Of a stretch of DNA of 64,000 nt, positions 40,101-52,900 are shown one piece after another. Both the position numbers and the translations under genes were made by a program. This DNA is from Antedon mediterranea (taxonomy: Eukaryota; Animalia; Echinodermata). The DNA is taken from positions 13,612,912 through 13,676,911 of the forward strand of contig NC_092675.1 in NCBI RefSeq assembly GCF_964355755.1. The letters run 5' to 3'. The first letter of the stretch is position 1, and every line of letters starts with the position of its first letter. The notes below the pieces were generated by a model, which saw nothing but the letters and a program-made list of their open reading frames with translations, had not been told where the DNA came from and did no database searches.

Positions 40101-43100
40101 CAAATCGCATTTGGAAACGTTTTAGACCATTTTGTGATTTTCGAAAAAGATTGTTAACATAAAAACACCAATGTGCTTAGAATCACATTATACACCGTTT
40201 TAGACCATTTTGAGCATTTCGATAACAATTTTCACACAAAAACATCAAAGGGCACAAAATAGCTTAATATCGTATTTAAAAATGTTTTAGACCATTTTGA
40301 GCATTTAGATAAAACTTTTTCACACAAAACACCAAAGTGCTTAGAATAGCTTCAAATCGCATTTGGAGACGGTTTAGAACATTTTGTGATTTTGAAAAAA
40401 CTTTTTAACATAAAAACACCAAAGTGCTTAGAATAGCTTCAAATCGCATTTGGAGACGTTTTAGACCATTTTGTGATTTTCGAAAAAACTTGTTAACATA
40501 AAAACACCAAAGTGCTTAGAATAGCTTCAAATCGTATTTGGAGACGTTTTAGACCATTTTGAGATTTTCGAAAAAACTTGGTTACACAAAAACATCAAAG
40601 TGCTTAAAATCACATTATAAACCGTTTTAGACCATTTTGAGCATTTCGATAACACTTTTCACACAAAAACATCAAAGAGCACAAAATAGCTTAATATCGT
40701 ATTTAAAAACGTTTTAGACCATTTTGAGCATTTCGACAAAACTTTTTCACACAAAACACCAAAGTGCTTAGAATAGCTTCAAATCGCATTTGGAGACGTT
40801 TTAGACCAATTTGTGCATTTCGATGAAACTTGATTACACAAAAACATCAAAGTGCTTAAAATCACATTATAAACCGTTTTAGACCATTTTGAGCATTTCG
40901 ATAACACTTTTCACACAAAAACATCAAAGAGCACAAAATAGCTTAATATCGTATTTAAAAACGTTTTAGACCATGATTTTCGAAAAAACTTGTTAACATA
41001 AAAACACCAAAGTGCTTAGAATAGCTTCAAATCACATTTGGAGACGTTTTAGACCAATTTGTGATTTTCGAAAAAACTTATCAACATAAAAACACCAAAG
41101 GGCTTAGAATAGCTTCAAATCGCATTTGGAGACTATTTAGACCATTTTGTGATTTTTGAAAAAACTTGTTAACATAAAAACACGAAAGTGCTTAGAATAG
41201 CTTCAAATCGCATTTGGAAACGTTTTATTCCATTTTGTGATTTTCGAAAAAGATTGTTAACATAAAAACACCAATGTGCTTAGAATCACATTATAAACCG
41301 TTTTAGACAATTTTGAGCATTTCGATAACAATTTTCACACAAAAACATCAAAGAGCACAAAATAGCTTAATATCGTATTTAAAAATGTTTTAGACCATTT
41401 TGAGCATTTAGATAAAACTTTTTCACACAAAACACCAAAGTGCTTAGAATAGCTTCAAATCGCATTTGGAGACGGTTTAGAACATTTTGTGATTTTGAAA
41501 AAACTTGTTAACATAAAAACACCAAAGTGCTTAGAATAGCTTCAAATCGCATTTGGAGACGTTTTAGACCATTTTGTGATTTTCGAAAAAACTTGTTAAC
41601 ATAAAAACACCAAAGTGCTTAGAATAGCTTCAAATCGTATTTGGAGACGTTTTAGACCATTTTGAGATTTTCGAAAAAACTTGGTTACACAAAAACATCA
41701 AAGTGCTTAAAATCACATTATAAACCGTTTTAGACCATTTTGAGCATTTCGATAACACTTTTCACACAAAAACATCAAAGAGCACAAAATAGCTTAATAT
41801 CGTATTTAAAAACGTTTTAGACCATTTTGAGCATTTCGACAAAACTTTTTCACACAAAACACCAAAGTGCTTAGAATAGCTTCAAATCGCATTTGGAGAC
41901 GTTTTAGACCAATTTGTGCATTTCGATGAAACTTGATTACACAAAAACATCAAAGTGCTTAAAATCACATTATAAACCGTTTTAGACCATTTTGAGCATT
42001 TCGATAACACTTTTCACACAAAAACATCAAAGAGCACAAAATAGCTTAATATCGTATTTAAAAACGTTTTAGACCATTTTGAGCATTTAGACAAAACTTT
42101 TTCACACAAAACACCAAAGTGCTTAGAATAGCTTCAAATCGCATTTGGAGACGTTTTAGACCATTTTGTGCATTTCGATGAAACTTAGTTACACAAAAAC
42201 ATCAAAGTGCTTAAAATCACATTATAAATCGTTTTAGACCATTTTGAGCATTTCGACAAAACTTTTTCACACAAAATACCAAAGTGCTTAGAATAGCTTC
42301 AAATCGCATTTGGAGACGTTTTAGACCATTTTGTGATTTTCGAAAAAAACTTTTTAACATAAAAACACCAAAGTGCTTAGAATAGCTTCAAATCACATTT
42401 GGAGACGTTTTAGACCATTTTGTGATTTTCGAAAAAACTTGTTAACATAAAAACACGAAAGTGCTTAGAATAGCTTCAAATCGCATTTGGAAACGTTTTA
42501 GACCATTTTGTGATTTTCGAAAAAAATTGTTAACATAAAAACACCAAAGTGCTTAGAATCACATTATAAACCGTTTTAGACCATTTTGAGCATTTCGATA
42601 ACAATTTTCACACAAAAACATCAAAGAGCACAAAATAGCTTAATATCGTATTTAAAAATGTTTTAGACCATTTTGAGCATTTAGATAAAACTTTTTTACA
42701 CAAAACACCAAAGTGCTTAGAATAGCTTCAAATCGCATTTGGAGACGTTTTAGACCATTTTGTGATTTTTGAAAAAACTTGTTAACATAAAAACACCAAA
42801 GTGCTTAGAATAGCTTCAAATCACATTTGGAGACGTTTTAGACCATTTTGTGATTTTCGAAAAAACTTGTTAACATAAAACACCAAAGTGCTTAGAATAG
42901 CTTCAAATCGCATTTGGAGACGTTTTAGACCATTTTGTGATTTTCGAAAAAACTTGTTAACATAAAAACACGAAAGTGCTTAGAATCACATTATAAACCG
43001 TTTTAGACCATTTTGAGCATTTCGATAACAATTTTCACACAAAAACATCAAAGAGCACAAAATAGCTTAATATCGTATTTAAAAATGTTTTAGACCATTT

Positions 43101-43999
43101 TGAGCATTTAGAAAAAACTTTTTCACACAAAACACCAAAGTGCTTAGAATAGCTTCAAATCGTATTTGGAGACGTTTTAGACCATTTTGAGATTTTCGAA
43201 AAAACTTGGTTACACAAAAATATCAAAGTGCTTAAAATCACATTATAAACCGTTTTAGACCATTTTGAGCATTTCGATAACACTTTTCACACAAAAACAT
43301 CAAAGAGCACAAAATAGCTTAATATCGTATTTAAAAACGTTTTAGACCATTTTGAGCATTTCGACAAAACTTTTTCACACAAAACACCAAAGTGCTTAGA
43401 ATAGCTTCAAATCGCATTTGGAGACGTTTTAGACCAATTTGTGCATTTCGATGAAACTTGGTTACACAAAAACATCAAAGTGCTTAAAATCACATTATAA
43501 ATCGTTTTAGACCATTTTGAGCATTTCGATAACACTTTTCACACAAAAACATCAAAGAGCACAAAATAGCTTAATATCTTATTTAAAAACGTTTTAGACC
43601 ATTTTGAGCATTTAGACAAAACTTTTTCACACAAAACACCAAAGTGCTTAGAATAGCTTCAAATCGCATTTGGAGACGTTTTAGACCATTTTGTGATTTT
43701 CAAAAAAACTTGTTAACATAAAAACACCAAAGTGCTTAGAATAGCTTCAAATCGTATTTGGAGACGTTTTAGACCATTTTGTGATTTTCGAAAAAACTTG
43801 TTAACATAAAAACACCAAAGGGTTTAGAATAGCTTCAAATCGCATTTTGAGACGTTTTAGACCATTTTGTGATTTTCGAAAAAACTTGTTAACATAAAAA
43901 CACGAAAGTGCTTAGAATAGCTTCAAATCGCATTTGGAAACGTTTTAGACCATTTTGTGATTTTCGAAAAAACTTGTTAACATAAAAACACGAAAGTGC

Positions 44000-46900
44000 T
44001 TAGAATAGCTTCAAATCGCATTTGGAAACGTTTTAGACCATTTTGTGATTTTCGAAAAAAATTGTTAACATAAAAACACCAAAGTGCTTAGAATCACATT
44101 ATAAACCGTTTTAGACCATTTTGAGCATTTCGATAACAATTTTTACACAAAAACATCAAAGAGCACAAAATAGCTTAATATCGTATTTAAAAATGTTTTA
44201 GACCATTTTGAGCATTTGGATAAAACTTTTTCACACAAAACACCAAAGTGCTTAGAATAGCTTCAAATCGCATTTGGAGACGTTTTAGACCATTTTGTGA
44301 TTTTTGAAAAAAACTGTTAACATAAAAACACCAAAGTGCTTAGAATAGCTTCAAATCACATTTGGAGACGTTTTAGACCATTTTGTGATATTCGAAAAAA
44401 CTTGTTAACATAAAAACACGAAAGTGCTTAGAATAGCTTCAAATCGCATTTGGAAACGTTTTAGACCATTTTGTGATTTTCGAAAAAACTTGTTAACATA
44501 AAAACACCAAAGTGCTTAGAATAGCTTCAAATCGCATTTGGAAACGTTTTAGACCATTTTGTTATTTTCGAAAAAAATTGTTAACATAAAAACACCAAAG
44601 TGCTTAGAATCACATTATAAACTGTTTTAGACCATTTTGAGCATTTCGATAACAATTTTCACACAAAAACATCAAAGAGCACAAAATAGCTTAATATCGT
44701 ATTTAAAAATGTTTTAGACCATTTTGAGCATTTAGATAAAACTTTTTCACACAAAACACCAAAGTGCTTAGAATAGCTTCAAATCGCATTTGGAGACGTT
44801 TTAGACCATTTTGTGATTTTTGAAAAAACTTGTTAACATAAAAACACCAAAGTGCTTAGAATAGCTTCAAATCACATTTGGAGACGTTTTAGACCATTTT
44901 GTGATTTTCGAAAAAACTTGTTAACATAAAAACACGAAAGTGCTTAGAATAGCTTCAAATCGCATTTGGAAACGTTTTAGACCATTTTGTGATTTTCGAA
45001 AAAACTTGTTAACATAAAAACACGAAAGTGCTTAGAATAGCTTCAAATCGCATTTGGAAACGTTTTAGACCATTTTGTGATTTTCGAAAAAAATTGTTAA
45101 CATAAAAACACCAAAGTGTTTAGAATAGCTTCAAATCGCATTTGGAGACGTTTTAGACCAATTTGTGATTTTCGAAAAAACTTATCAACATAAAAACACC
45201 AAAGGGTTTAGAATAGCTTCAAATCGCATTTGGAGACGTTTTAGACCATTTTGTGATTTTCGAAAAAACTTGTTAACATAAAAACACGAAAGTGCTTAGA
45301 ATAGCTTCAAATCGCATTTGGAAACGTTTTAGACCATTTTGTGATTTTCGAAAAAACTTGTTAACATAAAAACATGAAAGTGCTTAGAATAGCTTCAAAT
45401 CGTATTTGGAGACGTTTTAGACCATTTTGTGATTTTCGAAAAAACTTGTTAACATAAAAACACCAAAGTGCTTAGAATAGCTTCAAATCGCATTTGGAGA
45501 CGTTTTAGACCATTTTGTGCATTTCGATGAAACTTGGTTACACAAAAACATCAAAGTGCTTAAAATCACATTATAAACCATTTTAGACCATTTTGAGCAT
45601 TTCGATAACACTTTTCACACAAAAACATCAAAGAGCACAAAATAGCTTAATATCGTATTTAAAAACGTTTTAGACCATTTTGAGCATTTCGACAAAACTT
45701 TTTCACACAAAACACCAAAGTGCTTAGAATAGCTTCAAATCGCATTTGGAAACGTTTTAGACCATTTTGTGATTTTCGAAAAAAATTGTTAACATAAAAA
45801 CACCAAAGTGCTTAGAATCACATTATAAACCGTTTTAGACCATTTTGAGCATTTCGATAACAATTTTCACACAAAAACATCAAAGAGCACAAATTAGCTT
45901 AATATCGTATTTAAAAATGTTTTAGACCATTTTGAGCATTTGGATAAAACTTTTTCACACAAAACACCAAAGTGCTTAGAATAGCTTCAAATCGCATTTG
46001 GAGACGTTTTAGACCATTTTGTGATTTTTGAAAAAAATTGTTAACATAAAAACACCAAAGTGCTTAGAATAGCTTCAAATCACATTTGGAGACGTTTTAG
46101 ACCATTTTGTGATATTCGAAAAAACTTGTTAACATAAAAACACGAAAGTGCTTAGAATAGCTTCAAATCGCATTTGGAAACGTTTTAGACCATTTTGTGA
46201 TTTTCGAAAAAACTTGTTAACATAAAAACACCAAAGTGCTTAGAATAGCTTCAAATCGCATTTGGAAACGTTTTAGACCATTTTGTTATTTTCGAAAAAA
46301 ATTGTTAACATAAAAACACCAAAGTGCTTAGAATCACATTATAAACCGTTTTAGACCATTTTGAGCATTTCGATAACAATTTTCACACAAAAACATCAAA
46401 GAGCACAAAATAGCTTAATATCGTATTTAAAAATGTTTTAGACCATTTTGAGCATTTAGATAAAACTTTTTCACACAAAACACCAAAGTGCTTAGAATAG
46501 CTTCAAATCGCATTTGGAGACGTTTTAGACCATTTTGTGATTTTTGAAAAAACTTGTTAACATAAAAACACCAAAGTGCTTAGAATAGCTTCAAATCGCA
46601 TTTGGAAACGTTTTAGACCATTTTGTGATTTTCGAAAAAACTTGTTAACATAAAAACACGAAAGTGCTTAGAATAGCTTCAAATCGCATTTGGAAACGTT
46701 TTAGACCATTTTGTGATTTTCGAAAAAAATTGTTAACATAAAAACACCAAAGTGTTTAGAATAGCTTCAAATCGCATTTGGAGACGTTTTAGACCAATTT
46801 GTGATTTTCGAAAAAAGTTATCAACATAAAAACACCAAAGGGTTTAGAATAGCTTCAAATCGCATTTGGAGACGTTTTAGACCATTTTGTGATTTTCGAA

Positions 46901-47400
46901 AAAACTTGTTAACATAAAAACACGAAAGTGCTTAGAATAGCTTCAAATCGCATTCGGAAACGTTTTAGACCATTTTGTGATTTTCGAAAAAACTTGTTAA
47001 CATAAAAACATGAAAGTGCTTAGAATAGCTTCAAATCGTATTTGGAGACGTTTTAGACCATTTTGTGATTTTCGAAAAAACTTGTTAACATAAAAACACC
47101 AAAGTGCTTAGAATAGCTTCAAATCGCATTTGGAGACGTTTTAGACCATGTTGTGCATTTCGATGAAACTTGGTTACACAAAAACATCAAAGTGCTTAAA
47201 ATCACATTATAAACCATTTTAGACCATTTTGAGCATTTCGATAACACTTTTCACACAAAAACATCAAAGAGCACAAAATAGCTTAATATCGTATTTAAAA
47301 ACGTTTTAGACCATTTTGAGCATTTCGACAAAACTTTTTCACACAAAACACCAAAGTGCTTAGAATAGCTTCAAATCGCATTTGGAGACGTTTTAGACCA
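44000..47400 (+). repeat. ~1.7-kb tandem duplication (offset 1724 bp, then 1636 bp after a one-monomer difference)
   Basis: GATATTCG at 44387/46111 and GTTATTTTCG at 44561/46285 give 1724. AACATGAAAG at 45371/47007 gives 1636, which is 1724-88. Confidence 0.8.
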
Positions 47401-50400
47401 TTTTGTGATTTTCGAAAAAACTTGTTAACATAAAAACATCAAAGTGTACAGAATAACTTCAAATCGCATTTGGAGACCGTTTTAGGCCAATTTGTGATTT
47501 TCGAAAAAACTTGTTAACCTAAAAATACCAAAGTGTTTAGAATAGCTTCAAATCGCATTTGGAGACGTTTTAGACCATTTTGTGATTTTCGAAAAAACTT
47601 GTTAACATAAAAACACCAAAGTGCTTCAAATCGCATTTGGAGACATTTTAGACCAATTTGTGATTTTTGAAAAAACTTGTTAACATAAAAACACCAAAGT
47701 GCTTACAATAGCTTCAAATCGCATTTGGAGACGTTTTAGACCATTTTATGCATTTCGATGAAACTTGGTTACACAAAAACATCAAAGTGCTTAAAATCAC
47801 ATTATAATCCGTTTTAGACCATTTTGAGCATTTCGATAACACTTTTCACACAAAAACATCAAAGAGCACAAAATAGCTTAATATCGTATTTAAAAACGTT
47901 TTATACCATTTTGAGCATTTCGACAAAACTTTTTCACACAAAACACCAAAGTGCTTAGAATAGCTTCAAATCGCATTTGGAGACGTTTTAGACCATTTTG
48001 TGATTTTCGAAAAAACTTGTCAACATAAAAACACCAAAGTGTTTAGAATAGCTTCAAATCGCATTTGGAGACGTGTTAGACCAATTTGTGATTTTCGAAA
48101 AAACTTATCAACATAAAAACACCAAAGGGTTTAGAATATCTTCAAATCGCATTTGGAGACGTTTTAGACCATTTTGTGATTTTCGAAAAAACTTGTTAAC
48201 ATAAAAACACCAAAGTGCTTAGAATAGCTTCAAATCGCATTTGGAGACGTTTTAGACCATTTTGTGATTTTCAAAAAAAATTGTTAACATAAAAACACCA
48301 AAGTGCATAGAATCACATTATAAACCGTTTTAGACCATTTAGAGCATTTCGATAACAATTTTCACACAAAAACATCAATGAGCACAAATTAGCTTAATAT
48401 CGTATTTAAAAATGTTTTAGACCATTTTGAGCATTTAGACAAAACTTTTTCACACAAAACACCAAAGTGCTTAGAATAGCTTCAAATCGCATTTGGAGAC
48501 GTTTTAGACAATTTTGTGATTTTCGAAAAAAATTGTTAACATAAAAACACCAAAGTGCTTAGAATAGCTTCAAATCGCATTTGGAGACGTTTTAGACCAT
48601 TTTGTGATTTTCGAAAAAACTTGGTTACACAAAAACATCAAAGTGCTTAAAATCACATTATAAACCGTTTTAGACCATTTTGAGCATTTCGATAACACTT
48701 TTCACACAAAAACATCATAGAGCACAAAAAAGCTTAATATCGTATTTAAAAACGTTTTAGACCATTTTGAGCATTTCGACAAAACTTGTTAACATAAAAA
48801 CACCAAAGTGCTTAGAATGGCTTCAAATCGCATTTAGAAACGTTTTAGACCATTTTGTGATTTTCGAAAAAAATTGTTAACATAAAAACACCAAAGTGCT
48901 TAGAATCACATTATAAACCGTTTTAGACCATTTTGAGCATTTCGATAACAATTTTCACACAAAAACATCAAAGAGCACAAAATAGCTTAATATCGTATTT
49001 AAAAATGTTTTAGACCATTTTGAGCATTTAGATAAAACTTTTTCACACAAAACACCAAAGTGCTTAAAATAGCTTCAAATCGCATTTGGAGACGTTTTAG
49101 ACCATTTTGTGATTTTTGAAAAAACTTGTTAACATAAAAACACCAAAGTGCTTAGAATAGCTTCAAATCACATTTGGAGACGTTTTAGACCATTTTGTGA
49201 TTTTCGAAAAAACTTGTTAACATAAAAACACGAAAGTGCTTAGAATAGCTTCAAATCGCATTTGGAAACGTTTTAGACCATTTTGTGATTTTCGAAAAAA
49301 CTTGTTAACATAAAAACACGAAAGTGCTTAGAATAGCTTCAAATCGCATTTGGAAACGTTTTAGACCATTTTGTGATTTTCGAAAAAACTTGTTAACATA
49401 AAAACACGAAAGTGCTTAGAATAGCTTCAAATCGCATTTGGAAACGTTTTAGACCATTTTGTGATTTTCGAAAAAAATTGTTAACATAAAAACACCAAAG
49501 TGTTTAGAATAGCTTCAAATCGCATTTGGAGACGTTTTAGACCAATTTGTGATTTTCGAAAAAACTTATCAACATAAAAACACCAAAGGGTTTAGAATAG
49601 CTTCAAATCGCATTTGGAGACGTTTTAGACCATTTTGTGATTTTGAAAAAACTTGTTAACATAAAAACACCAAAGTGCTTAGAATAGCTTCAAATCGCAT
49701 TTGGAGACGTTTTAGACCATTTTGTGATTTTCGAAAAAACTTGTTAACATAAAAACACCAAAGTGCTTAGAATAGTTTCAAATCGTATTTGGAGACGTTT
49801 TAGACCATTTTGAGATTTTCGAAAAAACTTGGTTACACAAAAACATCAAAGTGCTTAAAATCACATTATAAACCGTTTTAGACCATTTTGAGCATTTCGG
49901 TAACACTTTTCACACAAAAACATCAAAGAGCACAAAATAGCTTAATATCGTATTTAAAAACGTTTTAGACCATTTTGAGCATTTAGACAAAACTTTTTCA
50001 CACAAAACACCAAAGTGCTTAGAATAGCTTCAAATCGCATTTGGAGACGTTTTAGACCATTTTGTGCATTTCGATGAAACTTGGTTACACAAAAACATCA
50101 AAGTGCTTAAAATCACATTATAAATCGTTTTAGACCATTTTGTGATTTTCGAAAAAACTTGTTAACATAAAAACACGAAAGTGCTTAGAATAGCTTCAAA
50201 TCGCATTTGGAAAGGTTTTAGACCATTTTGTGATTTTCGAAAAAAATTGTTAACATAAAAACACCAAAGTGTTTAGAATAGCTTCAAATCGCATTTGGAG
50301 ACGTTTTAGACCAATTTGTGATTTTCGAAAAAACTTATCAACATAAAAACACCAAAGGGTTTAGAATAGCTTCAAATCGCATTTGGAGACGTTTTAGACC

Positions 50401-52900
50401 ATTTTGTGATTTTCGAAAAAACTTGTTAACATAAAAACACGAAAGTGCTTAGAATAGCTTCAAATCGCATTTGGAAACGTTTTAGACCATTTTGTGATTT
50501 TCGAAAAAACTTGTTAACATAAAAACATGAAAGTGCTTAGAATAGCTTCAAATCGTATTTGGAGACGTTTTAGACCATTTTGTGATTTTCGAAAAAACTT
50601 GTTAACATAAAAACACAAATGTGCTTAGAATAGCTTCAAATCGCATTTGGAGACGTTTTAGACCATTTTGTGCATTTCGATGAAACTTGGTTACACAAAA
50701 ACATCAAAGTGCTTAAAATCACATTATAAACCATTTTAGACCATTTTGAGCATTTCGATAACACTTTTCACACAAAAACATCAAAGAGCACAAAATAGCT
50801 TAATATCGTATTTAAAAACGTTTTAGACCATTTTGAGCATTTCGACAAAACTTTTTCACACAAAACACCAAAGTGCTTAGAATAGCTTCAAATCGCATTT
50901 GGAGACGTTTTAGACCATTTTGTGATTTTCGAAAAAACTTGTTAACATAAAAACATCAAAGTGTACAGAATAACTTCAAATCGCATTTGGAGACCGTTTT
51001 AGGCCAATTTGTGATTTTCGAAAAAACTTGTTAACCTAAAAATACCAAAGTGTTTAGAATAGCTTCAAATCGCATTTGGAGACGTTTTAGACCATTTTGT
51101 GATTTTCGAAAAAACTTGTTAACATAAAAACACCAAAGTGCTTCAAATCGCATTTGGAGACATTTTAGACCAATTTGTGATTTTTGAAAAAACTTGTTAA
51201 CATAAAAACACCAAAGTGCTTACAATAGCTTCAAATCGCATTTGGAGACGTTTTAGACCATTTTATGCATTTCGATGAAACTTGGTTACACAAAAACATC
51301 AAAGTGCTTAAAATCACATTATAATCCGTTTTAGACCATTTTGAGCATTTCGATAACACTTTTCACACAAAAACATCAAAGAGCACAAAATAGCTTAATA
51401 TCGTATTTAAAAACGTTTTATACCATTTTGAGCATTTCGACAAAACTTTTTCACACAAAACACCAAAGTGCTTAGAATAGCTTCAAATCGCATTTGGAGA
51501 CGTTTTAGACCATTTTGTGATTTTCGAAAAAACTTGTCAACATAAAAACACCAAAGTGTTTAGAATAGCTTCAAATCGCATTTGGAGACGTGTTAGACCA
51601 ATTTGTGATTTTCGAAAAAACTTATCAACATAAAAACACCAAAGGGTTTAGAATATCTTCAAATCGCATTTGGAGACGTTTTAGACCATTTTGTGATTTT
51701 CGAAAAAACTTGTTAACATAAAAACACCAAAGTGCTTAGAATAGCTTCAAATCGCATTTGGAGACGTTTTAGACCATTTTGTGATTTTCAAAAAAAATTG
51801 TTAACATAAAAACACCAAAGTGCATAGAATCACATTATAAACCGTTTTAGACCATTTAGAGCATTTCGATAACAATTTTCACACAAAAACATCAATGAGC
51901 ACAAAATAGCTTAATATCGTATTTAAAAATGTTTTAGACCATTTTGAGCATTTAGACAAAACTTTTTCACACAAAACACCAAAGTGCTTAGAATAGCTTC
52001 AAATCGCATTTGGAGACGTTTTAGACAATTTTGTGATTTTCGAAAAAAATTGTTAACATAAAAACACCAAAGTGCTTAGAATAGCTTCAAATCGCATTTG
52101 GAGACGTTTTAGACCATTTTGTGATTTTCGAAAAAACTTGGTTACACAAAAACAGCAAAGTGCTTAAAATCACATTATAAACCGTTTTAGACCATTTTGA
52201 GCATTTCGATAACACTTTTCACACAAAAACATCATAGAGCACAAAAAAGCTTAATATCGTATTTAAAAACGTTTTAGACCATTTTGAGCATTTCGACAAA
52301 ACTTGTTAACATAAAAACACCAAAGTGCTTAGAATGGCTTCAAATCGCATTTAGAAACGTTTTAGACCATTTTGTGATTTTCGAAAAAAATTGTTAACAT
52401 AAAAACACCAAAGTGCTTAGAATCACATTATAAACCGTTTTAGACCATTTTGAGCATTTCGATAACAATTTTCACACAAAAACATCAAAGAGCACAAAAT
52501 AGCTTAATATCGTATTTAAAAATGTTTTAGACCATTTTGAGCATTTAGATAAAACTTTTTCACACAAAACACCAAAGTGCTTAAAATAGCTTCAAATCGC
52601 ATTTGGAGACGTTTTAGACCATTTTGTGATTTTTGAAAAAACTTGTTAACATAAAAACACCAAAGTGCTTAGAATAGCTTCAAATCACATTTGGAGACGT
52701 TTTAGACCATTTTGTGATTTTCGAAAAAACTTGTTAACATAAAAACACGAAAGTGCTTAGAATAGCTTCAAATCGCATTTGGAAACGTTTTAGACCATTT
52801 TGTGATTTTCGAAAAAACTTGTTAACATAAAAACACGAAAGTGCTTAGAATAGCTTCAAATCGCATTTGGAAACGTTTTAGACCATTTTGTGATTTTCGA
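46650..52900 (+). repeat. 3517-bp tandem duplication carrying a block of divergent monomers
   Basis: GTGTACA at 47444/50961 and CTTAGAATGG at 48811/52328 are both offset by 3517, and many private variants in between are shared. Confidence 0.9.
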
